Below are positions 1-9,299 of a DNA stretch of 64,000 bases, piece by piece. Every line of letters begins with the position of its first letter. Position 1 is the first letter of the stretch. A program made the translations under genes and the position numbers. Origin of the DNA: an uncultured Bacilli bacterium (GTDB lineage Bacteria; Bacillota_I; Bacilli_A; RF39; UBA660); contig CAKOXX010000003.1 of the NCBI GenBank assembly GCA_934130405.1, forward strand, positions 13,643 to 77,642, read 5' to 3'. The notes under the pieces are model-generated. The model was not told the origin of the DNA, searched no databases, and was given only the letters and a program-made list of their open reading frames with translations.

Positions 1-234
1 TATATAAATGAAGTATGTTTCATTTTTTATATTTTTATCTGTAAATAATTTTCTTTCTAATTCAACCTGGTCCCAACAGACCCCTTTCTTTTTTACTAAT
101 AATTCTTCTGGTGACATAAGATAATAAACTTTACTAAAAACTTGTTCTACGTCTTTATCTTTGAAGATGTCGTTTAAAGACTTATCTAAAAACCCATACT
201 CGATAGTGTCCATTATTTTCATTATTTCATTCAT
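1..234 (-). CDS. hypothetical protein, N-terminal part only (gene continues past the left edge)
   Basis: ATG at 232-234 with AGGA about 11 nt upstream. The frame stays open to position 1 (MNEIMKIMDTIEYGFLDKSL...KKKGVCWDQVELERKLF...). It is absent from the ORF track because no stop lies inside the window. The G-x-C-W-D segment only vaguely recalls transglutaminase/papain-like Cys enzymes. Confidence 0.35.
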   Translation of the reverse strand, partial: MNEIMKIMDTIEYGFLDKSLNDIFKDKDVEQVFSKVYYLMSPEELLVKKKGVCWDQVELERKLFTDKNIKNETYFIYI

Positions 235-258
235 AAAGTTTCACATCCTATACTACTA

Positions 259-789
259 TTATCTTATATAATATATATAATTATCTTTACGAGGAGTTGC
301 TTTTGGAGTTTCTTTATTTTTGTAACCTAATGCACAAAAACCAATCCCTTCATAGTCTCCTTCTATTTCTAAATTTTTAAGTAATTCTTTTCCTAGTGGT
401 AATTCAAATTCTTCCTTCGCTCTATGAATCCAAATACTACCCAAACCTAAACTTTCAGCAGCATTTAACATATTGCCAAGAACTAAACTTCCATCATAAA
501 TATAGGTTGGTACAGTTTTGTCAGCTAAGACTGCTAAAATAACTGGTGCTCCATAAAATGGATCAATAGCTTCTTTAAAGTCAGCTATTTTTCTATTCTC
601 TTCAGCAACTTTATCACGTATTTCTTTATTAGTTATTGCTATAATGATTGGGGATTGTTTTCCATGCCCAGTTGGAGCATAAGTACCTGCTTCTATAATA
701 GCTTTTAATTCTTCTTCTGTTATCATATCACTCTTGAAATCTCTACAACTTCTTCTACTTTTTAAATCCTCTAATGTTTTATTCATCAT
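259..789 (-). CDS. nitroreductase family protein
   Basis: 176-aa ORF. The N-terminal RRSCRDF and GTYAPTGHGKQ segments are typical of FMN nitroreductase-fold enzymes, and the size fits the family. Confidence 0.8.
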   Translation of the reverse strand: MMNKTLEDLKSRRSCRDFKSDMITEEELKAIIEAGTYAPTGHGKQSPIIIAITNKEIRDKVAEENRKIADFKEAIDPFYGAPVILAVLADKTVPTYIYDGSLVLGNMLNAAESLGLGSIWIHRAKEEFELPLGKELLKNLEIEGDYEGIGFCALGYKNKETPKATPRKDNYIYYIR

Positions 790-873
790 TTATTCTCTCC
801 TTTACTATTATCATTTTCTAATACTACTTGATATTTATCAATAAAAACTTGATTGTTAATTACTTTTTCACTT

Positions 874-1758
874 TCAAAAAAATGAAATTTGCTTATTATT
901 AATTTTCATTTTTTTGTAAGCCTTTATAATATCTTCCATATTATACAAAATATTATATTTGTCACACTCTTCAGTAAAAACTTTATATAATTTCTTATAG
1001 TTTGGAACAATACAATCGTATCTATCTCCATAATATTTCATATATTTTTCCTTTAAATCTTTGAAGTTTTCGTCTAATTTTTCATAATAATAATCTCTTT
1101 GATTTTCTCTTAAAGTCATTCCCATATAAGTATGAATAAACTTAGCACCATTTTCAGAAGCAAGTTTTACTAATTCTTTTATGTCTTTCTCATTATCAGT
1201 AATAAATGGTAAAACTGGATTCATCATAATACCTGCAAAAATTCCATTATCATTTAATATTTTAATAGCTTTTAGTCTTCTAGAAGAAACACAAACATTT
1301 GGTTCAATTATTTTTGACAACTCATCATTTGGAGTTGTTATGGTGAATTTAACTATAACATTATTATTTAAGTTTATTTTTTCTAATAACTCTATATCGC
1401 GTAAAATTAAATCGCTTTTAGTATCTATTGAAACGCCAAAACCATATTTTGCTATAAGTTCTAATGCTTTTCTAGTTTGTTCATATTGTTGTTCTAGTGG
1501 ATTGTAGGTATCTGACATTGCACCAATACCAATTATTCCTCTTGATTTTTTGCTTAATTCTTTTTCTAAAATATAAAGTGCATTTTCTTTACCACGAACT
1601 ATATCAAAATTATCTATATGATAACAATTACTCCTACTATCACAATAAATACAACCGTGAGTACAGCCTTTATATAAGTTCATATTATAATCTATACCAT
1701 ACCAATTGGCACCATACTTTACTTTAGTTAAAATCGTTTTTGCTTTAATAAATTCCAT
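874..1758 (-). CDS. radical SAM protein (SplB/COG1533-like)
   Basis: CTHGCIYC (CxxxCxxC radical-SAM cluster motif) near the N-terminus. The 294-aa length is typical of the spore-photoproduct-lyase-related family. Confidence 0.8.
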   Translation of the reverse strand: MEFIKAKTILTKVKYGANWYGIDYNMNLYKGCTHGCIYCDSRSNCYHIDNFDIVRGKENALYILEKELSKKSRGIIGIGAMSDTYNPLEQQYEQTRKALELIAKYGFGVSIDTKSDLILRDIELLEKINLNNNVIVKFTITTPNDELSKIIEPNVCVSSRRLKAIKILNDNGIFAGIMMNPVLPFITDNEKDIKELVKLASENGAKFIHTYMGMTLRENQRDYYYEKLDENFKDLKEKYMKYYGDRYDCIVPNYKKLYKVFTEECDKYNILYNMEDIIKAYKKMKINNKQISFF

Positions 1759-1883
1759 TACTATCTTTCTTTCTATTAAATTATAAATAGTCCTAAAAGC
1801 ATTAATAATGTAAAGACAACTATTATTAATTTATTTAACTTTGTATTTTCTCTTACTTATATTATACTTCTCTTGAGCAAGAC

Positions 1884-1913
1884 AAAAAAGAAAAAACTAA
1901 CTGCTATAGTTAG
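1884..1913 (-). terminator. rho-independent terminator downstream of tRNA-Thr
   Basis: Hairpin CTAACT-N5-AGTTAG (1897-1913) followed on the minus strand by a T-rich run (plus-strand A run 1884-1896). Confidence 0.5.
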
Positions 1914-1964
1914 GATTATTACTTTTTATAAGAGTTTTATATTAACATTTTTTAAATTATTTAA

Positions 1965-2040
1965 TGGTGCCGACTAAAGGACTCGAACCTTCGACCTACG
2001 CGTTACGAATGCGTTGCTCTACCAACTAAGCTAAGTCGGC
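1965..2040 (-). tRNA. tRNA-Thr (anticodon CGU)
   Basis: The reverse complement folds by hand into a cloverleaf. Acceptor stem GCCGACT/AGTCGGC, D arm GCTT..GAGC, anticodon loop TTCGTAA (CGT), T arm GAAGG-TTCGAGT-CCTTT, and an encoded CCA. Confidence 0.85.
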
Positions 2041-2092
2041 ATGTAGAAACTTTACTACTTAAGTATAGCAAAGTTTTTTTATTTTTTAAAGA

Positions 2093-4393
2093 CTATTCTG
2101 TTCTAAGTGCAATAACTGGATCTTTTTTACTAGCCATCTTAGCAGGAATAAAACCACTAAGTACTGTTAAAGAAACACTAATTAGTAAGAGAATAATAGC
2201 ATGAATAGGATTAAGTTTAGCAACAGAAGCTAGTCCTGATAAATTTTCTATTATTTTATTAGCTGGAAATGTTAATAAATATGCAATAGTTAATCCTAAG
2301 ATTCCACTACATAAACCAATTAACATAGTTTCAGCATTAAACACTCTTGTTATGTCTTTAGCTCTTGCTCCTAAAGCTCTTAAAATTCCAATTTCCTTAG
2401 TTCTTTCCAAAACTGATATATAAGTAATTATTGCTATCATTATACTAGATACCACTAAAGAAATTGAAGAGAAAGCAATTAAAACTACTGTAATAGCATC
2501 CATTATACCACTTGATAAACTACTCATTAGTTTAGCCATATCGGTATAAGTTATCTTATCAGTATCTACTTTATTTTTATTATACCTATCTAAGTAACTT
2601 GTTATTTTATCTTTACTTTTAAAATCTTTTGGATAAAGATAAATAACTGCTGGAATTTCATCTGCTCCTAAATAAGCAAGAACATCATTCTTAGTTGTAG
2701 TATCATCAAAACTTGCTCCTGTTAAGATATTGTAATCTAATTCTTCTTGTCTCTTTACAATATCACTTGCTTTATTTATAGAAATAATCTTATCAACTAA
2801 TGCTCCTGTATAAAAAATAGCAGCTTGATTAGTAAACATTTCTTTATCTTCTTTACCCCTAATAATAGCTTTTATTTTAACAGTTATACTATTGGTACTA
2901 TTATACATTTTTTCATAATTACTATCAGGAATGAAGTTTGCCCCTAATTGTTTATAATAGTCATTATTAGTAATTAGTTTAATTTCTTTATTTAAGATAT
3001 CATCAAATGAGATATTTTTAGTTGAATCAAAGCCTAAACTTTCAATTAATGATTTATCAACACCATTTTTTGAATCTATTGCTAAAATTAAACCTATTTC
3101 TTTACTGTCAATACTACCAGCTAATACATCATAATTATCTTCCACTACACCAGTTTCTTTTTCACTAGTTCTAGTTGGAAATAATTGATATGACATACTG
3201 TTCGATATATCTATTTTTTTATAATTATTATCTTCATCCACAGTTACTAAATTAAGTCCAGTCTTTTTAAGATATGATATTCCACTCAAAAGATTTTTAT
3301 CAATACTATCTACGTAGTTTAAATAATCAGAAGTAATATTATTAGTATGAATCATTTTTTCCACAACTGATTCTGTTGGTTTTACTACCTTTTCATTTGG
3401 ATATTTATCTTTCTTATCAGTATTAGTTTGCATTTGTTCTTCAAGAGTTGATTCATCCATTTGCATAGCTTGACTACTAATAGTTATTGGCATTTGTGAT
3501 AAGGTGCTTTTCTCAAATTTATCTATTTGAAGTTGAAAACCATTTGATAAAGATAGAATTAAAGCAATACCAATTATTCCAATTGAAGCAGCAAAAGCTG
3601 TTAAAAAGGTTCTACCTTTCTTTGTTTTTATGTTATTAAAAGATAAATGAATTGCTGATAAATAACTTAATACTGTTTTTCTAATATGAACTTTACCAAG
3701 ATTTTCTTCTTCACTATTAATAGGATTTGAATCTGATAAAATTTTTCCATCTTTAAATTCTATTATTCTATTAGCATAGTCTTTAGCAAGCTCTGGATTG
3801 TGAGTTACCATTATTACCAATTTATCTTTAGCTATTTCTCTAATAAGATTCATTATCTGAACACTAGTAGCAGAATCAAGCGCTCCAGTTGGTTCATCAG
3901 CAAGAATTATATCAGGGTCATTTACTAAACTTCGAGCAATAGCTACTCTTTGCATTTGACCACCACTTAATTGATTAGGTTTCTTATAGGCATGGTCTTT
4001 TAAGCCGACTTTTTCTAAAGCTTCTAAAGCTTTTTCTTTCTTATTTTTTCTTTTATAGCCAGATAAAGTTAAAGCCATTTCCACATTTTCTAAGACACTT
4101 ATATGACTTATCAAGTTATAAGACTGAAAAATAAAACCGACACAATTATTTCGATAACTATCCCATTCTGTTGCTTTAAACTTTTTTGTACTTTTTCCAT
4201 TAATAATTAAATCACCAGAATCATATCTATCTAAACCACCAATTATATTTAGTAAAGTTGTTTTTCCACTACCTGAAGGGCCAAGAATAGCAACAAACTC
4301 ATTTTTTCGAAAACTTAAATCCACGTTTTTCAAAGCATGTTGAATAAAGTTGCCAGTTTTATAACTTTTATTTATATTTTTTAATTCTAACAT
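2093..4393 (-). CDS. fused ABC transporter ATP-binding/permease protein (MacB/FtsX-type)
   Basis: Walker A GPSGSGKTT, ABC signature LSGGQMQR and Walker B ILADEPT in the first ~225 aa. A large extracytoplasmic domain follows, and a C-terminal FtsX-like 3-4 TM bundle completes the protein. Confidence 0.85.
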   Translation of the reverse strand: MLELKNINKSYKTGNFIQHALKNVDLSFRKNEFVAILGPSGSGKTTLLNIIGGLDRYDSGDLIINGKSTKKFKATEWDSYRNNCVGFIFQSYNLISHISVLENVEMALTLSGYKRKNKKEKALEALEKVGLKDHAYKKPNQLSGGQMQRVAIARSLVNDPDIILADEPTGALDSATSVQIMNLIREIAKDKLVIMVTHNPELAKDYANRIIEFKDGKILSDSNPINSEEENLGKVHIRKTVLSYLSAIHLSFNNIKTKKGRTFLTAFAASIGIIGIALILSLSNGFQLQIDKFEKSTLSQMPITISSQAMQMDESTLEEQMQTNTDKKDKYPNEKVVKPTESVVEKMIHTNNITSDYLNYVDSIDKNLLSGISYLKKTGLNLVTVDEDNNYKKIDISNSMSYQLFPTRTSEKETGVVEDNYDVLAGSIDSKEIGLILAIDSKNGVDKSLIESLGFDSTKNISFDDILNKEIKLITNNDYYKQLGANFIPDSNYEKMYNSTNSITVKIKAIIRGKEDKEMFTNQAAIFYTGALVDKIISINKASDIVKRQEELDYNILTGASFDDTTTKNDVLAYLGADEIPAVIYLYPKDFKSKDKITSYLDRYNKNKVDTDKITYTDMAKLMSSLSSGIMDAITVVLIAFSSISLVVSSIMIAIITYISVLERTKEIGILRALGARAKDITRVFNAETMLIGLCSGILGLTIAYLLTFPANKIIENLSGLASVAKLNPIHAIILLLISVSLTVLSGFIPAKMASKKDPVIALRTE

Positions 4394-4450
4394 AATTCAC
4401 CTTCTCTTTATAAGTATATCATTATTTTACCTAAAATTTCCTCAATTGCA

Positions 4451-4477
4451 AAAGAAAAAACTGTTTTCCACAGTTTT
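4451..4477 (-). terminator. rho-independent terminator after the CotF-like cluster
   Basis: AAAACTG-N7-CAGTTTT hairpin overlapping the stop codon, followed by TTTTCTTTT on the minus strand. Confidence 0.5.
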
Positions 4478-4913
4478 ATAAGTATTCTTTTAGTTTATCC
4501 ACAGTTTTCTGTTGAAACTTTAAAAAGTCTTCGGCTAATTTCTTATCTTCCTTATTGGCTTCTTTAGTAAAGTCTTTGATTTTCTTTTCCATTTCAATAG
4601 AACCCATTGATACCCCTTTAATTAACATATCAGCTATAGCAGCATCGCTATTATCTTTCTTTACTTCCTTACTAATTCCCATAGTGGACATCATCTTGGC
4701 AATAAGTCCGTCTTCTTCTAGTTTGATATTTTCTTTTTTTAGTTGTTCCTTCGCTTTACTTTTAAATTCTTGATATTCTTTTAAAATATCTTCTGCTAAG
4801 CCTTTAATCTTATTATCTCTTTCTTTGAGTTCTTCTAATAAGTGCTCCATCGTATAACTTCCCATCGAAGCATCTTTATATATATGTTCTAATAATTCAT
4901 TTGTTTCTTTCAT
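4476..4913 (-). CDS. hypothetical all-helical protein (CotF-cluster associated)
   Basis: 145-aa Lys/Glu-rich helical ORF only 1 nt downstream of the CotF-like gene. I recognise no family motif with confidence. Confidence 0.45.
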   Translation of the reverse strand: MKETNELLEHIYKDASMGSYTMEHLLEELKERDNKIKGLAEDILKEYQEFKSKAKEQLKKENIKLEEDGLIAKMMSTMGISKEVKKDNSDAAIADMLIKGVSMGSIEMEKKIKDFTKEANKEDKKLAEDFLKFQQKTVDKLKEYL

Positions 4914-4914
4914 A

Positions 4915-5232
4915 TTATTCTCCTTCTATTTTTTCTTGTTCTTCTAATAACGTCTGATACTTTTCTGTGACTTTTATCTCTCCTGCTTCTTCTAATTTAT
5001 AAAAACCACATCTAAACATAACTTCAAATGTTTCTCTTTGTAGATTTAACAACTTATCATACATTTCTTTATATTTACTAAACAATTCTTCATTACTCAC
5101 TTCTGTTAAAGCTACTGTATAATCTTTAACCATAGCTTTTAGAGTTGTTAATAAGTCACTTATATAATCTTTATCATTTAGTTCTATTCCTTCTTCCACT
5201 TCTATCATAGTATTAGATATTTCTTTATTCAT
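4915..5232 (-). CDS. Coat F domain (spore coat protein F-like) protein
   Basis: NDKDYISDLLTTLKAMVKDYTVALTEVSNEELF...FEVMFRCGFYKLEE matches the CotF-domain pattern (N-D-x-D, L..EK, E.SN..L, GWY-like end). The start is moved to the ATG at 5232, which has a GGAGGAAG SD. Confidence 0.6.
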   Translation of the reverse strand: MNKEISNTMIEVEEGIELNDKDYISDLLTTLKAMVKDYTVALTEVSNEELFSKYKEMYDKLLNLQRETFEVMFRCGFYKLEEAGEIKVTEKYQTLLEEQEKIEGE

Positions 5233-5455
5233 GACTTCCTCCTTCATTTAGAATATCTAGTATGATATTCATATTTTCTTTAAAAGTATCTCCTGCTTTT
5301 TCTATTGTTTCTTCTATTTCTAGATTATTTATCATATCAATTGAATTAATCATTTTTTTATAAGCTAGATAATTCCAATTAAACATATCTTCTAAATAAT
5401 CTAAATCTTTTGTAGAAATAATAGTTGGTACTTTTTCATAATTCATTTTTATCAC
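5225..5455 (-). CDS. small hypothetical protein, first gene of the CotF-like trio
   Basis: 76-aa ORF overlapping the CotF-like start, with compact operon geometry. There is no recognisable motif beyond helical character. Confidence 0.4.
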   Translation of the reverse strand: MIKMNYEKVPTIISTKDLDYLEDMFNWNYLAYKKMINSIDMINNLEIEETIEKAGDTFKENMNIILDILNEGGSHE

Positions 5456-5494
5456 CTTCCACTATTATTATTGATAAAGTTTTTATTTTTATAC

Positions 5495-5522
5495 AAAAAA
5501 TATCAGTTGTAAGCAACTGATA
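5495..5522 (-). terminator. rho-independent terminator after the PPKTG protein gene
   Basis: Perfect hairpin TATCAGTTG-N4-CAACTGATA (5501-5522) immediately after the TAG stop, followed by TTTTTT on the minus strand. Confidence 0.7.
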
Positions 5523-6584
5523 CTAAACACCTGTCTTAGGTGGAATTATTTCATCACTTGGTTCTTCATCTACATTAATGATTTCTATTTCTTTTGGTTG
5601 TTCTTTTGTTAATTGAAATTCAATATAAGCACTAAATTCATAGTTCATATAAGCATTTGTAGTATATGGCCCATTTATATAGAAGTTCATTGTTGTTAAA
5701 CTATTTTCACTTGATGGATTAATTGTTCCTAAATCTTTTGTAAAGTAATCATTACCTAATTCTCTATTTCGCATGTAACTTCCAATTGCTGATAAATTAC
5801 TTGTTTTATAATCATATTTTTTATCACCAAACAAGACACTAAATAATACATTGTACCAATAGTCGTAACCAAGTTCTGCCACTTCTAAATTGCTTTCTTT
5901 GATAGGATAGTTATTTCCATTAAATAGTTCACTCACTACGTTTGCTGGTAAATCTTCTAGGTTAGTAGACTTTAGATTATATTTATTATTATAGAAATCT
6001 AAATAGTATTTATTTAATTCTTCTATTCCTTTGTAACCATTTTGTTGTAATTGATTTCCTAATGCTTCATCTGTTAACATATCTTTCTTGATACTTTTCT
6101 GATATAGAGCTCTTAATGCTGAATTTGCTGTTCTATTTGGTCCAAAAGTTCCAGCTATTACTTGTCCATCAAAGCCTTTACTATTTTCTAATTTTTCTTC
6201 ATAATTACTAATATCCATCGTTGATAAGATAAAGCTTTTATCTTTATATAAATATTTATTATTTGATTTATTTATTATTTGAATATTAACTTTAATTCCA
6301 TCTCCTGGAACATAACCATCACTTTCACTAATTGCTTTAAAGATGCTTGGTACTATATTTATAGCATCTTCATTATAATCTTCTGGTATTGTATAAGTTG
6401 CAGTTACCGAATCAATAACTTTTCTTGATATATGTACATCTATATTTTCCACAATTCCTGTGGATAAAACTTTTTCTGTCTCTTTTGTTGTTTGATATTT
6501 ACTTAAGTTTTTTGCAGATACTGGCATACTACTTATCAGTAACATTAATGTTACCAAACTCATAAAAAATAATTTTTTTATCAT
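5523..6584 (-). CDS. secreted protein ending in a PPKTG sortase-B-type motif (no hydrophobic tail)
   Basis: Signal peptide MIKKLFFMSLVTLMLLISSMPVSA|K. The C-terminus is ...EIIPPKTGV-stop. The start overlaps the stop of the sortase gene (ATGA). Confidence 0.65.
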   Translation of the reverse strand: MIKKLFFMSLVTLMLLISSMPVSAKNLSKYQTTKETEKVLSTGIVENIDVHISRKVIDSVTATYTIPEDYNEDAINIVPSIFKAISESDGYVPGDGIKVNIQIINKSNNKYLYKDKSFILSTMDISNYEEKLENSKGFDGQVIAGTFGPNRTANSALRALYQKSIKKDMLTDEALGNQLQQNGYKGIEELNKYYLDFYNNKYNLKSTNLEDLPANVVSELFNGNNYPIKESNLEVAELGYDYWYNVLFSVLFGDKKYDYKTSNLSAIGSYMRNRELGNDYFTKDLGTINPSSENSLTTMNFYINGPYTTNAYMNYEFSAYIEFQLTKEQPKEIEIINVDEEPSDEIIPPKTGV

Positions 6585-7261
6585 ATTTTCTCCTTTAATT
6601 TTGCCCCAATCACAAGATACTGTCCATCTTCATCTTGGGAACAAGTTTGTAGTATTAATATTTTATTTGTTTCATCTATATTTATACCTGTATCATATAT
6701 AGATTTTTTCTTTAATTCTTCTAAGTGACTTTTAAATTTTTCATCACTAAATGCCAATCTTGTGTAAAAATAATCTTCTTTCAAGAGCATAACTGTAAAT
6801 ATTTGATAAATTTCTTTTTTGTCCGGATAAGTTAATTCTATATTAGGATGATTTGTTAGAAATGATTGTTTTTTATATCCTAGTAATTTTGTAAACGGAA
6901 TATCTACAGTTGAAGAACTATGTCCATAAATAATTATTTTCCTTGTATTGTTAAGGTCTATTCGATAATCAACAAATAAGCTTCCACCAATAAATTTTTC
7001 TTTTTTATTATTATGATTCATATAAAATTCATTATCAGTTGTTTGCATTACTTTTTCATTTTGAATTAAATCATTTATTGATAATGTTAATTTTTCATCT
7101 TGATTTTTCTCTTCTTCCTTAACTGTGGCAGTGGTGTTTATATCTGTAGCTTGGACATTAGTGGCTTGTTTTTCCACTTGAGGAGTTTCTTTAACTCTAT
7201 CAGGAATCATAATTATTAATAGACATATTATTATACTGACAACTGCTACTTTTTTTCTCAT
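6581..7261 (-). CDS. class B sortase-like transpeptidase
   Basis: N-terminal TM anchor, the IIYGHSS His motif and the LILQTCS (TLxTC-type) Cys motif. The size and the FLF..Y/NHN region are typical of SrtB. No Arg occurs anywhere after the Cys. Confidence 0.75.
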   Translation of the reverse strand: MRKKVAVVSIIICLLIIMIPDRVKETPQVEKQATNVQATDINTTATVKEEEKNQDEKLTLSINDLIQNEKVMQTTDNEFYMNHNNKKEKFIGGSLFVDYRIDLNNTRKIIIYGHSSSTVDIPFTKLLGYKKQSFLTNHPNIELTYPDKKEIYQIFTVMLLKEDYFYTRLAFSDEKFKSHLEELKKKSIYDTGINIDETNKILILQTCSQDEDGQYLVIGAKLKEKI

Positions 7262-7336
7262 CTTCCCTCCTTTTTTCTAATATAACAGTTCAGATGAGAA
7301 AGTTTTGTCGAAAGAAAAAAATCAGTCTAACAAAGA

Positions 7337-8005
7337 CTAATTTTTATTTATTAACTCATATATTTCGTTATGTATAGCATTTATATCTTTCATTTTACCA
7401 TTTTCACTACATTCTATTATATTCCAAGATAGATACTTTGCTACAAATAGGGAATTATCATATATTTTTTTCATATGTTTAACATTTCTTTCATAAATAT
7501 CATTCGCTATACCAGCATTATCCGGTCTTTCTTCTCGAAGCTTATTAACTAGTTCAAATGGTGCCGTTAAAAAGATAACTATATCTGGTTCTTTCATACC
7601 CAATTTGTTATATTCATAATCACTAGCATAATTAATAAATTTTGTTCTTTCTTCTATATTATCAAAAAATGCTGATTGATAAATTAAACTTGAAGTTGTA
7701 TATCTATCTAATAATAGAGTATCTCCTTTTTCATAAGCTGTTTTTAGTTTTGTATACCAAGTAATTGCTCTATCACTAGCATAAAGATTGTTTATAAAAT
7801 AAGGACTTAATTCATCTAATTTACCATAGTTTCCTTTTAGATATTCCTCAACACCTTTTCCTTGATAAACATTATAACTTGGAAAATGGTGTGTTGTTAC
7901 TTTGTTGTTATCTGCTAAGAGATGTTTATACAGTAATTCATATTGAGTTGTTTTACCTATTCCATCACAAGCACCTTCAATAACGATTATTTTTCTTTGA
8001 TTCAT
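7337..8005 (-). CDS. thymidylate (dTMP) kinase-like nucleotide kinase
   Basis: P-loop IVIEGACDGIGKTT, then FPSY...YL, YASDR and LLDRY motifs of the Tmk fold. The start is moved to the ATG at 8005 (GGAGGAATAAGA SD). Confidence 0.7.
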   Translation of the reverse strand: MNQRKIIVIEGACDGIGKTTQYELLYKHLLADNNKVTTHHFPSYNVYQGKGVEEYLKGNYGKLDELSPYFINNLYASDRAITWYTKLKTAYEKGDTLLLDRYTTSSLIYQSAFFDNIEERTKFINYASDYEYNKLGMKEPDIVIFLTAPFELVNKLREERPDNAGIANDIYERNVKHMKKIYDNSLFVAKYLSWNIIECSENGKMKDINAIHNEIYELINKN

Positions 8006-8096
8006 TCTTATTCCTCCAGCCATTTTATTGTTTTCATTAATTATTATAGAAAATTCTAAAATAATATACAACTATTTTGAAATACAAAAACTTTTA

Positions 8097-9293
8097 CTAA
8101 ATTTTTTTTAATATTTTTCTAATAACTAGTGATTCTTTTGGATATTCTTCTAATCTACCTTTATTTTCATTTATTATAATAGGAGGAATAAAATCGATAT
8201 GCCACCCATTACTTATGTAATTGCCAAATTGATTTTCATAATCAATGCAACTGGTAGTAATAGTTTTTGTAGTTTGACTGGATATTTTATGAAAACCACA
8301 ACACCTTACTAATAAATCTTCCATTCCTAGTTCTTCAATATAATTTAAGTCTTCAACATAATTAGAGGACTTTTCTTTTAATTCTTCAAAAAATTTATAA
8401 AAGCAAATATGAGCATTATAAATACCTAATATTAATTTGATTAACTGTTTATCATAACTTTTGTTATTATCAAAACCAGGAAAATTATAAACTAAATTCA
8501 GCCCTTCTTTATAATCAAGATGAGTTATAAAACCATTTGAATTTATGATAGAGACTTTTTTTAGATAATATTTTGAAGTAGATTTTTTACTTAAATTTTG
8601 CTCAATTTCATCCATATAAGCATATTTTAGATTTGCTTCTTTATGACCAGTTTCTCCCATAGAATTATATAATTCACCAGATGGTGTAATATACCAAGAA
8701 TCAGGTAATAAAAACTGTATTTTTTTAGATTTTGCTGATATGATTAACTTATGATTATTCAATTCATTAATTTTTTGATTTATTTTCTTTTCTATGGTTA
8801 ATGATAATTTTCCTTGAAATCTTGCTACAGTTTTTACGGCAGTAAAATATTCAATTAAATCTTTTCTATCATTCAAAAATATCTTTGAATTGAGCAAATA
8901 GATATTTAATATTGAAGTAACGTACTGATATAAATAATCATAATAGTTATCTCCTGATGCTGAATAATTAAATTTTGTTAAAAGAAAATCAAGAACACAT
9001 TTAAAAGAATTAGAAATATCACATGTTTCCAAATTACTGCCTGCCAGATATTTATTAGCTATTTCATCAACATCAAAAAAGGTAAAGGTTTCTACTTTAT
9101 CAAAATTCCAAGAAACGGTATTCATATATAATAAATCAAGATTCCTTATTATATTAAACAATTCAAGATTTGTTTGATAATAATTTAATGGTATTGAGTT
9201 AACTTCGAGTTTGTAATTATTTTTATCATTATTTTCAAAAAATGTTAAATATTGATTTTTTCTATCTTCTAGTTCTTTATAAAATTCAATCAT
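8097..9293 (-). CDS. hypothetical protein (398 aa, no recognised family)
   Basis: Long uninterrupted ORF 6 nt downstream of the NUDIX gene stop, cytoplasmic with no TM. Notable segments are GETGHKEANL and LLVRCCGFHKI. Confidence 0.55.
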   Translation of the reverse strand: MIEFYKELEDRKNQYLTFFENNDKNNYKLEVNSIPLNYYQTNLELFNIIRNLDLLYMNTVSWNFDKVETFTFFDVDEIANKYLAGSNLETCDISNSFKCVLDFLLTKFNYSASGDNYYDYLYQYVTSILNIYLLNSKIFLNDRKDLIEYFTAVKTVARFQGKLSLTIEKKINQKINELNNHKLIISAKSKKIQFLLPDSWYITPSGELYNSMGETGHKEANLKYAYMDEIEQNLSKKSTSKYYLKKVSIINSNGFITHLDYKEGLNLVYNFPGFDNNKSYDKQLIKLILGIYNAHICFYKFFEELKEKSSNYVEDLNYIEELGMEDLLVRCCGFHKISSQTTKTITTSCIDYENQFGNYISNGWHIDFIPPIIINENKGRLEEYPKESLVIRKILKKI

Positions 9294-9299
9294 AATTAC

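Noticed and set aside
1181-1727. Plus-strand ORFs 1181-1507 and 1497-1727. The same class includes 4555-4773, 12130-12342, 15074-15268, 19154-19384, 20010-20222, 42860-43102, 45032-46381, 48952-49143, 50064-50707, 52714-53402, 54741-55007, 55454-55723, 56955-57143, 60261-60509, 61043-61728, 62169-62366 and 63018-63200.
   Set aside because: Each lies entirely antisense to a well-supported minus-strand gene. Their translations are low-complexity Ile/Phe/Leu/Ser-rich strings typical of reverse frames in AT-rich DNA. None has a convincing SD or any motif.
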